Shown in pieces: positions 55,176 to 64,000 of a DNA stretch of 64,000 nucleotides. Within the stretch, counting starts at the first letter, position 1. Each line of letters starts with the position of its first letter. Source of the DNA: Acidobacteriota bacterium (GTDB taxonomy: Bacteria; Acidobacteriota; Vicinamibacteria; Fen-336); NCBI GenBank assembly GCA_022340545.1, contig JAJDNV010000159.1:21872-85871 (forward strand), given 5' to 3'. The notes under the pieces are model-generated. The model searched no databases and was not told the origin of the DNA. It worked only from the letters and a program-made list of their open reading frames with translations. A program made the translations under genes and the position numbers.

Positions 55176-58103
55176 ATGCAGCTCTTCGACATCGTCCTCA
55201 TCACCGCCGGCTCCGAGCGACAGGCCGGGGCTTTCCGGAGCCTGATCGTCCGTCGACAGGACGCCGGCCTCTACCCTCGCGAGGTCGCCTTCGAGGTGGT
55301 CGCCGATCCCCCCGGCGGCCGCGTGGGCACCGGGGGCGGGACGCTGTGGGCGATCGCGCAGCTCCTCGAGCGTCGACGGCCTGATGATCCCGCTGAGTTC
55401 CTGGGGCGCCAGCGCATCCTGTTGATCCATGCGGGAGGAGAGAGCCGCCGGCTGCCGTGCTACGCCCCCGAGGGGAAGCTCTTCGCCCCCCTCCCCCTGC
55501 CGTCGAGCGCACTGCTGCCTCCGGTTGTTCTGGATGCTCAGCTCGGGCTCTTCTTCAAATACCCCTGGCGACCGGGAGAGACCGTTGTCACCACCGCGGA
55601 CGTGTTCATCGACTTCGACGCGGCGAGCGTGCCCGAGGAGCGAGGGCCGGTGTTCGGCTTCGCCAAGCCGGCCCCCCTGGAGCAGGGCTCGCGTCACGGT
55701 GTCTTCCGCTTCGACCGGCACCGCGAGCGGGTGATCGACTACTTCCAGAAGGCGCCGGTCGGGGTTCTGGCCGAGCACGCCCTCATCGAGGGCACCGGCG
55801 AGTGCGCCCTCGACATCGGGCTCGTGTCCCTGGGTCCGGAGGCCCTGCAGGCCTTCCTCACCCTGGGTGAGGCGCCCTTCGAGGACGGCTCTCTCGTCGG
55901 GGGGCTGGCGTCCGGGCACTTGCGCTTTGACCTGTACCTGGAGGTGCTGACCGCGTGCCTGGACGGCCTCTCCTTCGGGGCCTTCTGGGAACGCGTGAAG
56001 GACGCGAGCGCCCTCACCCCGGCGCTGGCGCGCGTCGTCTACGAGGCGTTCCACCCATTCGGGCTCGGGGGCACGATCACCCGATCGACGACGTTCGTTC
56101 ACCTCGGGAGCCTCGCCGAGTTCCCCGGGGCCTGCCGCGATCTCCTCGCTCACCAGGCACGGCCCTTCTACGAGCCCGACGACGGCGAGATCCGACCGAT
56201 GGTGACGTCGGAGGGGATCGTCCACAACAGCACCGCAGTTCGCACGGGAGGCCATGCGCACGCCCCGGCCCTCGTGGAGTCCTGCTCGTCGTGCTCGTTC
56301 CCCTCTCTCGGCGGAGACAACCTCCTCGTGGGTCTCGACGGCGCCGAGATGCCCTTCGAGATTCCGGCGGGGATCGCCGTCGAGGGGCGCGGCCTCGGGG
56401 AGGATCGGGTCGTCGTGGTCGTTTCCGCCCGAGACAGCTTCAGGGTCGTGGATGATCCGGCCGACCTCGTCTTCTGCGGTCAGCCTCTCGACCGGTGGCT
56501 CGACGAGCGCGGCCTCACCCGGGCCGACGTCTTCGAGGAAGACGACGCGACCGACCTCTTCGCGGCGCGGCTGTTCTGCTGCGGTCCGTCGACCGACCTC
56601 CTCGCCGGCTACCTGGCCTGCCCGGACTCGGGCTGGACCGCCAGCTTCCGCGCTGCGCGCCGCCGGTCGCTCTACGAGATCCAGGAACGTGACGACGCCC
56701 TCCGCCGGGAGGATCGCCGGGTGGCACGGCGGCGGGAGCAACTGCGCGCCCTCTTTGAGCGTGGTCATGGCTGGCAGGGGGTGAGCGCGCAGGATTTCGA
56801 GTCCACGTTCGAAGGCGGGGAGTGGCGCCGCCCGCTCGGCGAATGGCTCGAGCGCACCGACGACGCCGTCTTGCGCGCCTACCGCCAGCGCCTCTATCGC
56901 GCGATCGCCGGGCCGCGCGCGGCGGCGGCGCCCCGGCTGCCCGAGATCGAGTACGTGCCACGGACGACGGACGGCCCCCCGCTCCGCCTGGCCCTCAAGG
57001 AGGATCAGATCGTGTGGGCGCGGGCCCCGGTGCGGCTCGACCTCGCGGGCGGCTGGACCGACACCCCGCCCTACACGCTGCGCCACGGCGGCCGGGTGGT
57101 GAACCTCGCGGTGGACCTCAACGGGCAGCCACCCATCCAGGTGTTCTGCCGCCGCACCGCGGAGCGCCACGTGCGCATCCACTCGATCGACCTGGGCCAC
57201 ACGGAGACGTTCACCCGCTTCGAGCAGCTGCGGGACTACGACGATCCCGCATCACCCTTCGCGCTGCCGAAGGCCGCCCTCTCCCTGATGGGGATCGGCG
57301 TCTCGCCGGGCGAGAGGCCGACGCTCCAAGATCTTCTCGATCACCTCGGCGCCGGTCTGGAGATCACGCTGCTCTGCGCGGTGCCCAAGGGCTCGGGACT
57401 CGGGACCTCCTCAATCCTGGGAGCCGTCATCCTGGCCGCCTTCGCGCGCTTCTTTGGGCGCCCGGTCGTCATGGACGAGCTGATCCGGCAGGTCCTCCAG
57501 GTGGAGCAGATGCTGACCACGGGTGGGGGCTGGCAGGACCAGATCGGGGGCGCGATCGGCGGCATCAAGTGCGTGGAGAGCCGCCCCGGCTTCCGGCCCC
57601 ATCCCGTCACCCACCAGCTCGATCCCTATCTGTTTCAGGACCGGGACAGCCTCGGCTGCTTCACCCTCTTCTACACCGGCATCACCCGCCTGGCGAAGAA
57701 CATCCTGTCCGAGGTGGTCGACCAGGTGAACAGCGGATCAAAGGCCTACATCTTCACCCTCCAGCACATGGCCCAGCTCGCCCTGGACGCGAAGGACGCC
57801 ATCGAGCGACGCGATCAGCGCGCCCTCGCCGTCGTCCTGGGCCTCTCCTGGCAGGCCAACAAGCGCGTGCACCCGAGCACGACCAACCCGGAGGTCGAGG
57901 AGATCTTCGCTGCCACCGGTGGCCACCATGATGGGGTCAAGCTCCTGGGGGCGGGCGGCGGCGGCTACGCCCTCTTCGCCTCGCCCGACCTGCCCCACGC
58001 GGACGCCCTGCGCGATCTGCTGCGCCGACGCTTCGAGAACGCCCGCGCCCGCCTCGTCGATTTCTCGCTCAGCACGTGCGGCCTGGAGGTGTCCGCCTCC
58101 TAG
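55176..58103 (+). CDS. bifunctional L-fucokinase/GDP-L-fucose pyrophosphorylase-like protein (N-terminal sugar-1-P guanylyltransferase-like domain + C-terminal GHMP kinase)
   Basis: 975 aa. C-terminal GHMP motif PKGSGLGTSSILGAVILAA and LLGAGGGGYALF. N-terminal ~450 aa with fucose-pyrophosphorylase-like layout. Divergent from GME, 138 bp apart. Confidence 0.75.
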   Translation: MQLFDIVLITAGSERQAGAFRSLIVRRQDAGLYPREVAFEVVADPPGGRVGTGGGTLWAIAQLLERRRPDDPAEFLGRQRILLIHAGGESRRLPCYAPEGKLFAPLPLPSSALLPPVVLDAQLGLFFKYPWRPGETVVTTADVFIDFDAASVPEERGPVFGFAKPAPLEQGSRHGVFRFDRHRERVIDYFQKAPVGVLAEHALIEGTGECALDIGLVSLGPEALQAFLTLGEAPFEDGSLVGGLASGHLRFDLYLEVLTACLDGLSFGAFWERVKDASALTPALARVVYEAFHPFGLGGTITRSTTFVHLGSLAEFPGACRDLLAHQARPFYEPDDGEIRPMVTSEGIVHNSTAVRTGGHAHAPALVESCSSCSFPSLGGDNLLVGLDGAEMPFEIPAGIAVEGRGLGEDRVVVVVSARDSFRVVDDPADLVFCGQPLDRWLDERGLTRADVFEEDDATDLFAARLFCCGPSTDLLAGYLACPDSGWTASFRAARRRSLYEIQERDDALRREDRRVARRREQLRALFERGHGWQGVSAQDFESTFEGGEWRRPLGEWLERTDDAVLRAYRQRLYRAIAGPRAAAAPRLPEIEYVPRTTDGPPLRLALKEDQIVWARAPVRLDLAGGWTDTPPYTLRHGGRVVNLAVDLNGQPPIQVFCRRTAERHVRIHSIDLGHTETFTRFEQLRDYDDPASPFALPKAALSLMGIGVSPGERPTLQDLLDHLGAGLEITLLCAVPKGSGLGTSSILGAVILAAFARFFGRPVVMDELIRQVLQVEQMLTTGGGWQDQIGGAIGGIKCVESRPGFRPHPVTHQLDPYLFQDRDSLGCFTLFYTGITRLAKNILSEVVDQVNSGSKAYIFTLQHMAQLALDAKDAIERRDQRALAVVLGLSWQANKRVHPSTTNPEVEEIFAATGGHHDGVKLLGAGGGGYALFASPDLPHADALRDLLRRRFENARARLVDFSLSTCGLEVSAS

Positions 58104-58199
58104 GGATTTGCAGGCCTCTCACGAGGCGGCTTAAGCTTGTTCCAGCGACCCGAACCGTCACACCCGCCGGTCGCCACGTTACGCAGGAAGGAGTCGACG

Positions 58200-59666
58200 A
58201 TGAGCAGCCCCCTGGAGAGCCTGGAGCCGAAGCACGTCTGGTCCCACTTCGACGGCATCCGCCGGATCCCCCGCCCCTCCAAGCACGAGGAGAGAATGGC
58301 GGCGCACGTGGCGGACTGGGCGAAAGGCAAGGGCTACGAGGTCATCAAGGACGCCACCGGGAGCGTGTTGGTGAAGGTCCCCGCCACCGCGGGGCACGAA
58401 TCGGCCCCGACCGTCATCATCCAGGGCCACCTCGACATGGTCTGCGAGAAGAACTCGGACGTGGCATTCGACTTCCTGAAGGACTCCATCGACGTCCGGG
58501 TGGACGACGACTGGGTGAAGGCCAACGGCACCACCCTCGGCGCCGACAACGGCATCGGCGTGGCCACCGCCATGGCGCTGGCCGACGACCCCGACGTGGT
58601 GCACGGCCCGCTCGAGATCCTCTTCACCGTGGACGAGGAGACGGGCCTGACCGGGGCGATGGCCCTCGACCCCTCCATCCTCACCGGTCGGGTGATGCTG
58701 AACCTGGACAGCGAGGAGGACGGGGCCGTCTACTTCGGGTGTGCCGGGGGCGCCGACGCCGTCACGACTCTGCCGGTGGCCCGGCGACGCGCCTCGCTCG
58801 GCTCGGTGCCCGTGAAGCTGGTGATCAAGGGCCTCAAGGGCGGGCACTCCGGCCTCAACATCATCGAGAACCGGGGCAACGCGCTGAAGATGATGAGCCG
58901 GGTCCTGCTGGCCGCGGTCGAGAAGGGCCTCGAGCTCGACCTCGTCTCGCTCGACGGCGGCTCGAAGCACAATGCCATCCCCCGGGAGGCCTTCGCCACG
59001 TGCCGGGTGCCCAAGGGGAAGCTCGACGCCCTCCAGGCGGCGATCGACGAGATGAAGGGGGAGTTTGAGGCGGAGTACGGCTCCATCGATCCCGATCTGT
59101 CGGTTGTCGTGGAGCAGCCGGACGACAGCGAGGAGATGCGCGAGGTCTTCAACCAGCACGCGCGGGACCGGCTCCTCCACCTGCTGCGTACGCTTCCCCA
59201 CGGGGTGCTGTCGATGTCGCGGGACGTCGAGGGATTGGTGGAGACGTCGAACAACCTCGCCATCGTCAGAACGGAGAAGGACAAGGTGGAGGTCACCACC
59301 TCGCACCGGTCGTCGGTGATGCCGGCCCTCTTCGCGGTGCGCGAGCAGATCCGCTCGGCGTCCCAGCTCGCCGGGGGTGACGTCCACGAGGAGGAGGCCT
59401 ACCCCGGCTGGAAGCCGAACCCGGACTCGGCCATCGTCAACAAGACCCTCGACGTCTACGAGGAGCTCTTCGGCACGCGGCCGGCTCTCAAGGCCATCCA
59501 CGCCGGTCTGGAGTGCGGGCTCCTGATCGAGAAGCTCCCGGGGCTCGACGCCGTCTCGATCGGCCCGGAGATCCGAAATGCCCACTCACCGGACGAGATG
59601 GTGCAGATCTCGTCGGTCCAGCGCTTCTACCAGCACGTCAAGGCGCTTCTGAAAGCTCTCGCCTAA
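58200..59666 (+). CDS. pepD: Xaa-His dipeptidase (M20C)
   Basis: ATG at 58200 after AGGAAGGAG. HLDMV, ADNGIGVA, DEETGLTGA M20 metal-ligand motifs. Confidence 0.85.
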   Translation: MSSPLESLEPKHVWSHFDGIRRIPRPSKHEERMAAHVADWAKGKGYEVIKDATGSVLVKVPATAGHESAPTVIIQGHLDMVCEKNSDVAFDFLKDSIDVRVDDDWVKANGTTLGADNGIGVATAMALADDPDVVHGPLEILFTVDEETGLTGAMALDPSILTGRVMLNLDSEEDGAVYFGCAGGADAVTTLPVARRRASLGSVPVKLVIKGLKGGHSGLNIIENRGNALKMMSRVLLAAVEKGLELDLVSLDGGSKHNAIPREAFATCRVPKGKLDALQAAIDEMKGEFEAEYGSIDPDLSVVVEQPDDSEEMREVFNQHARDRLLHLLRTLPHGVLSMSRDVEGLVETSNNLAIVRTEKDKVEVTTSHRSSVMPALFAVREQIRSASQLAGGDVHEEEAYPGWKPNPDSAIVNKTLDVYEELFGTRPALKAIHAGLECGLLIEKLPGLDAVSIGPEIRNAHSPDEMVQISSVQRFYQHVKALLKALA

Positions 59667-60895
59667 GCCCGTCCCAGCACCAGCGTCGCGTTCGTCCCGC
59701 CGAAGCCGAAGGAGTTGGAGAGGGCCAGCGACAGCCCTCGGGAGAGCGGCTCCAGCACCGGCGGGTAGTCCTCGAGCTCCGGGTCCACCGCCTCCACGTT
59801 GACGCAGGGGGCGATCCAGCCCCCGCGGAGCATTGCCAGGGTGAAGACCGCCTCGATTGCGCCGGCGGCGGAGACCGGGTGGCCCGTGTACCCCTTGGTG
59901 GAGGAGTAGGCGACCGGTCGTCCCCCGAAGACCTTCCGAATGGCCCGGACCTCGGAGATGTCGCCCACCGGCGTCGAGGTGCCGTGGGTGTTGACGTAGT
60001 CGATCTCGTCCGGGCTCACACCGGCGTGATCGAGCGCGCGGCGCATTGCGAGCTCGGCGCCCTCGACGGCCGGCGCCACCATGTTGCCGGTGCCGTCCGA
60101 GGACATCCCGCAGCCCTTCAGCGTCCCCAGGATGTCCGCCCCGCGGGCCTCGGCCCCGGCCCGGGTCTCCAGCACGAGGACCCCGGCCCCCTCGGAGAAG
60201 ATGAACCCCGCCCGGTCGGCGGCGTAGGGCCGCGACGCGCGATCGGGGCGATCGTTGTCCGTCGACGTGTACGCGCGCATCGCATCGAAGCCGACATGGA
60301 AATGGACGTCCGCGACCTCGACGCCCCCGGCGATCGCCGCGTCGACGTGACCGAGCTCGATGAGCTGGGCCGCCAGCAGCAGGTTGTACGCCCCTCCCGC
60401 GCAGGCGGCGGCGGCAGTGAAGGATGGGCCGGTCGCCTCCAGCACCGTGGCCAGGTTCGCGGGGACGGTGGACGCCATGAGGCGCGGGATCACCGTCGGC
60501 GACACCCTGCGGGCACCCCGCTCCCGCGCCAGCTTGGAGGCTACCTCACGGTGCGTTGCGACGTCGCCGGTGCCGCTGCCCACGATGACCGCCAGGTCCC
60601 GCGTCGGGATCTGCGCCTGCCCGAGGGCGAGCCGCGTGGCCCGCAGGCCCAGGAGGGCGGCACGACCCATGAAGCGGGCCTGATGCTTCTCGATCCCGAG
60701 CAGGTCGAGCGTCAGGTCGTTCGGGTAGATCCCTACCAACTGGCACTGCGTGTCGTGCTCCACCGCCGGCGCCCAGGTGGCGAAGGGCGTCGGCCGTCCT
60801 TCGCGTAGGGCCGACTCGATGCTCGCCCAGTCGTCGCCCATGTGGCAGCAGACACCGGTGCCCGTCACGACGACCTCGCGATCGCGGTTCCTCAC
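59663..60895 (-). CDS. beta-ketoacyl-ACP synthase (FabF/KAS II-like)
   Basis: Active-site AAACAGG, HGTSTPVGD, KGYTGHPVSAAG (Cys-His-His triad regions), C-terminal NSFGFGGTNA. Confidence 0.8.
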   Translation of the reverse strand: MRNRDREVVVTGTGVCCHMGDDWASIESALREGRPTPFATWAPAVEHDTQCQLVGIYPNDLTLDLLGIEKHQARFMGRAALLGLRATRLALGQAQIPTRDLAVIVGSGTGDVATHREVASKLARERGARRVSPTVIPRLMASTVPANLATVLEATGPSFTAAAACAGGAYNLLLAAQLIELGHVDAAIAGGVEVADVHFHVGFDAMRAYTSTDNDRPDRASRPYAADRAGFIFSEGAGVLVLETRAGAEARGADILGTLKGCGMSSDGTGNMVAPAVEGAELAMRRALDHAGVSPDEIDYVNTHGTSTPVGDISEVRAIRKVFGGRPVAYSSTKGYTGHPVSAAGAIEAVFTLAMLRGGWIAPCVNVEAVDPELEDYPPVLEPLSRGLSLALSNSFGFGGTNATLVLGRA

Positions 60896-61065
60896 TCCTC
60901 CTCCGATCCTGATCGAGCGGGGTTCGCCCTCCCGGGAAGCCCCTGCATTCTAGGGGATGGCGCTGCCTCGCCCAAGGCAGGAGGCCGGGCCAGGCGCCGA
61001 GCGGGACGAGGCGACGCGACAGGCCGCACCCCTCGAGGGCACCACGCGCGTGGTAGAAACGTCGG

Positions 61066-61848
61066 GTGAGTGCCTTGTCCGGCCGCGACCTGGGCCCTGG
61101 CTTCGCCGCATCCGGCTGGCCTGCGGACGAGGCCCGGCGACTCGCGGGACTGATCGAGCTCTTCCTGAGCCTGCCCGGCCCCGCGATCCCGGGAGGCTCG
61201 TTCCCGGATTTTGCCCGGCTTCAGGACCGCCTCGAGACCTCGGTTCGGGGCAACGACCCCGAGGCGATCGAGGAGAGGCTGCTCGAGCTCTACGCCCACC
61301 TCCACATGAACGAGGCCCCCTACTCCGCCGACGAGCGTCGGCGGATGGACGCCGCCGGGGGCTACTGGAATCACGCCGGCGGCCTGAGCCCGCTCCTCAA
61401 GGCGGCGCCGTGGATCGACGAGCACACGGCGAGCGTCGATTTCGGCGCAGGGAACGGCCTGCAGGGCCTGCTGCTCCAGGTCCTGTGTCCTCACGCCCGC
61501 ACCGTCCAGATCGAGATCTCCGCCCGGATGGCCGAGATCGGGGAGGCGCTGCGGGAGTGGCTCGGCGTGTCACCGGATCGGGTGGACTGGGTCGTCGACG
61601 ATGTCCGGAATGTCCCGGCCACCGGGTACGGCTTCATCTACCTCTACCGCCCGGTCCGCCCGGATGGTCCGGGTCGTGACTTCTACACACGCTTCGCCCG
61701 CGAGGTCGAGTCCGAGGCCCGGCCCCCCGTGATCTTCTCCATCGCGGACTGCCTGCGGGGCTTCCTGTCGGACAGATACGAGGTCTTCTACGGCGACGGC
61801 CACCTGACGTGCTTCCGGCCGGTGGACTATTCCGAGTCCGACTCGTGA
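61066..61848 (+). CDS. class-I SAM-dependent methyltransferase-like protein
   Basis: Motif I VDFGAGNGLQG. GTG start. The C-terminal ...DYSESDS overlaps a hairpin repeat. Confidence 0.55.
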   Translation: MSALSGRDLGPGFAASGWPADEARRLAGLIELFLSLPGPAIPGGSFPDFARLQDRLETSVRGNDPEAIEERLLELYAHLHMNEAPYSADERRRMDAAGGYWNHAGGLSPLLKAAPWIDEHTASVDFGAGNGLQGLLLQVLCPHARTVQIEISARMAEIGEALREWLGVSPDRVDWVVDDVRNVPATGYGFIYLYRPVRPDGPGRDFYTRFAREVESEARPPVIFSIADCLRGFLSDRYEVFYGDGHLTCFRPVDYSESDS

Positions 61849-62023
61849 CCCAGCGGACTCGGAATGAAACGGAAGAAGAAGCTCCGAGTCCGGCTCCCGC
61901 TTCTGCGGACTCGGAATGAGAGGAAACGGAAGGTTCCGAGTTCGAGGCCCGACTCGGCGGACTCGGAACGATGAGAGGAACGGACTATTCCGAGTTCGAC
62001 GTCGGTACACCGAACTCGGAATG
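61828..62023. repeat. tandem array of four ~48-bp units, each a hairpin with conserved 10-12-bp stem (TTCCGAGTYCG / CGRACTCGGAA) and a variable 12-13-nt loop
   Basis: Units start near 61828, 61883, 61931 and 61981. Conserved linker ATGA(N)AGGAAACGGAAG. Single copy at 39931-39969, fragment near 63325-63345. Confidence 0.6.
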
Positions 62024-62028
62024 ATTAG

Positions 62029-63297
62029 CTAGAAGTACCAGGCCAGCTGGAGAAAGAGGCCCGGTCCCCGGGACAGGTACTGGCCAGGCACATCGGTTGC
62101 GATTCCTCCGAACTCGGTGCCGTCCGGACCGACCGGGAGGTTGAAGGCCCCCAGGAGCACCAGGTCCTGCTTGAGGTCGTTCTTCGTCGCCAGCTGGATC
62201 AGGGCGCTGCCGTCGGACAGGTTGGTGAAGACGGTCGGCGTGAGATGGAACAGGGGGTGGAGCTCGATCAGGGCACTGCCGGCGACGTAGTGCTGCCCGA
62301 GGGTGAAGAGCTCGCCCCGAACGACGCGCCGGAGCAGCGCCGGGTTCGCGGCCAGGCTGTCGGGGTCGTACTGGCCATCGGGCTGCCCGAAGCCGTTGAA
62401 GAAATACTCCACGACCCCGCTGAGATTCTTCCCGCCCCACACCCACGAGTAGCTCAGGCTCGTGACCGCGGAGAAGACCGTGCCTTCGTCGGTGAAGGTG
62501 ACGACCGCGTCGCCGCGCCAGACCGCGCCGCCGAGGCTCTGGCTGCCACCCCCGGCCAGGAGGGGATCGGCGAAGTGCCGGGCCACGAGGACGTCAAACT
62601 CGCTGCCCCCGCTCAGCCCGTGGTACTTGAGGGCGAACGAGCACCAGTCGGCGTCGACCTTGCCGGTCTCGAGATTCCGCCGAAGCACCGCCACCCCCTG
62701 GAGGTCGTCGCCGCTCCCACGCAGGTACTGCCCGTAGAGCATGTCGTCGCCGGTCTTGTACTCCTTGTCGACGGCGGCGGGGTCGAAGGGGTTGAAGATG
62801 TCCATGGGCGTGTAGATCATCCCGTTGCCCCAGCTGATGGCCTGGCGACCGAACCGAACCACCGCCTTCTCCCCGGAGTAGCCGATCGACCCCCGGTCGA
62901 GCCGCTGCACGATCGCCGCGCGTCCCTCGTCCCGGAAGACGTAGGTCAGGTTGAACAGCCGGGTGTCGTCCTGCGGAAGCCGAGCGACGAGCCGGAGCAC
63001 TGGCGGGAAGTCTCGGGTGAAGTCGATCGTGTCACCGAAGAGACCCACCAGCTGGTAGCCGACGTCGAGGTTCCAGGGTCCACGATCGACGTCGAGGTTG
63101 AGCCGCAGGTCGAGGTTCTGGTCCAGGGCCTGGCTCCCGGTCAGCTCCCGGAACAGGCTTCCCTCCGGGTAGGCGGTCGCGACGAGCTGGTACTTGACGT
63201 GCCCGCCGAACTCCACGGTCGTCCCCTGGGCGAGGGCGGGGCCAGACGACAAGAGGATGAGGAGAGCGCTCGAGAAAGTCATCCTGACGAGTCTCAT
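62029..63297 (-). CDS. outer-membrane beta-barrel-like protein of unknown function
   Basis: Signal peptide MRLVRMTFSSALLILLSSGPALAQG. Alternating amphipathic strands, C-terminal ...LQLAWYF. The ORF-track N-terminal extension to 63969 is Arg/Pro-rich junk. Confidence 0.55.
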   Translation of the reverse strand: MRLVRMTFSSALLILLSSGPALAQGTTVEFGGHVKYQLVATAYPEGSLFRELTGSQALDQNLDLRLNLDVDRGPWNLDVGYQLVGLFGDTIDFTRDFPPVLRLVARLPQDDTRLFNLTYVFRDEGRAAIVQRLDRGSIGYSGEKAVVRFGRQAISWGNGMIYTPMDIFNPFDPAAVDKEYKTGDDMLYGQYLRGSGDDLQGVAVLRRNLETGKVDADWCSFALKYHGLSGGSEFDVLVARHFADPLLAGGGSQSLGGAVWRGDAVVTFTDEGTVFSAVTSLSYSWVWGGKNLSGVVEYFFNGFGQPDGQYDPDSLAANPALLRRVVRGELFTLGQHYVAGSALIELHPLFHLTPTVFTNLSDGSALIQLATKNDLKQDLVLLGAFNLPVGPDGTEFGGIATDVPGQYLSRGPGLFLQLAWYF

Positions 63298-63383
63298 CTT
63301 GGAGCGTGCGACGAAGAGTCCACCGATGCCGCCAACGGTGGATTCCTCGCCCGACCGTTCACGCAGGCGGGCTCGGAATGACT

Positions 63384-64000
63384 TCAGGCCGCCTCCTGCT
63401 CCGTGTCGTCGACGATCCTGCCGTCCAGCATGCGGACGATGCGACGCGCGTAGCCCATCACGCGCTGGTCGTGGGTGGCGATCACGAAGGTGGTCTCGTG
63501 GCGGGTGTTGAGCTCGACGAACAGCTCCATCAGCTGCTCCGCGGTGTGTGAGTCCAGGTTGGCCGTGGGCTCGTCGGCGAGGACGAGGGTGGGACGCGAG
63601 GCGATGGCGCGGGCGACCGCCACCCGCTGCTGCTGGCCCCCTGACATCTTGGCCGGTCGCCGGTCCTCCAGGCCCTTGAGCCCCACCTCCTCCAGAATCT
63701 CCATGGAGCGCGCGCGGCGCTGGTCGGGGGGGACCCCCTGGACCTCCATGACGAACTCCACGTTCTCGCGCGCGGTCAGCACCGGGATCAGGTTGTAGGC
63801 CTGGAACACGAAGCCGATCTGGTGAAGCCGGAGGCTGGCGAGCTCGCCCTTTCCCAGTCCGTCGATACGCCGGTCGGCGAGCCAGATCTCGCCGCTGTCG
63901 ATCCGGTGGAGGCCACCGATGGCGTTGAGGAGCGTCGTCTTGCCGCCGCCGGAGGGCGCAGAGAGACACACGAAGCCTCCCTCCCCGACCTCGAGGCTGA
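63384..64000 (-). CDS. ABC transporter ATP-binding protein (LolD/MacB-type), 5' end beyond the window
   Basis: Walker A LSAPSGGGKTT, signature MSGGQQQRVAVARA, Walker B LVLADEPT, H-loop ATHD. Confidence 0.8.
   Translation of the reverse strand, partial: SLEVGEGGFVCLSAPSGGGKTTLLNAIGGLHRIDSGEIWLADRRIDGLGKGELASLRLHQIGFVFQAYNLIPVLTARENVEFVMEVQGVPPDQRRARSMEILEEVGLKGLEDRRPAKMSGGQQQRVAVARAIASRPTLVLADEPTANLDSHTAEQLMELFVELNTRHETTFVIATHDQRVMGYARRIVRMLDGRIVDDTEQEAA

Noticed and set aside
61828-62023. CRISPR array interpretation of the tandem hairpin units
   Set aside because: The repeats are inverted (stem) rather than direct. The variable segments are only 12-13 nt, the periodicity is 48 bp, and no cas genes or leader are present. 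This is better explained as a REP/BIME-like hairpin array.
62029-63969. 646-aa ORF spanning the OMP gene and running antisense through the ABC ATPase gene
   Set aside because: The first ~220 residues are Arg/Pro/Gly-rich and overlap a well-supported ABC ATPase on the same strand in another frame. The real gene starts at the signal peptide (ATG at 63297).
1-64000. tRNA, rRNA, tmRNA, integrase/transposase, prophage or toxin-antitoxin genes
   Set aside because: I found no cloverleaf-like conserved tRNA features in any intergenic gap of 80 bp or more, and no ORF with recombinase or phage structural motifs. This absence is based on reading by eye only and should be confirmed with tRNAscan and Infernal.

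Overview
This 64-kb window looks like a chromosomal segment of a very high-GC (roughly 70%) diderm bacterium. Evidence for the diderm call: MlaDEF, outer-membrane-type beta-barrel proteins, a LolD-like ABC ATPase, TolB/PD40 propellers and several eukaryotic-type Ser/Thr kinases. This content is typical of Acidobacteriota, Gemmatimonadota or Myxococcota-like genomes. I support about 55 protein-coding genes. I found no rRNA, tRNA, CRISPR array, integrase or transposase. Many of the long ORFs in the six-frame track are GC-rich out-of-frame artefacts (Arg/Pro/Gly/Ala-rich) or N-terminal read-throughs, and I trimmed real genes to plausible starts. Housekeeping genes I recognise are gltA, serC, rsgA, hemH, pepD, msrB, zupT, mlaDEF, a LOG-family gene, a FabF-like KAS and an XDH/CODH-family oxidoreductase. 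The most notable features are: (1) an archaeal-style nurA-herA-sbcD-sbcC DNA-end-resection operon; (2) a small glutaredoxin-fold ORF missed by the ORF track because an in-frame TGA sits at the active-site Cys position, making it a candidate selenoprotein; (3) a radical-SAM gene with N-terminal rubredoxin-like Cys pairs and extra Cys clusters that may belong to the MJ0619/Tes (tetraether lipid synthase) family, clustered with a GGCT-like gene and a degenerate ANL-fold gene; (4) a divergent pair of GDP-mannose 3,5-epimerase and a bifunctional fucokinase/GDP-fucose-pyrophosphorylase-like gene; (5) two families of intergenic hairpin repeats (a ~110-bp element in 4 copies, and a 48-bp-periodic tandem hairpin array), all sitting between convergent genes; (6) a 155-bp element flanked by inverted repeats; (7) tandem paralogous secreted proteins with internal repeats. 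All functional calls rest on motif-level reading of the translations. No database searches were run.
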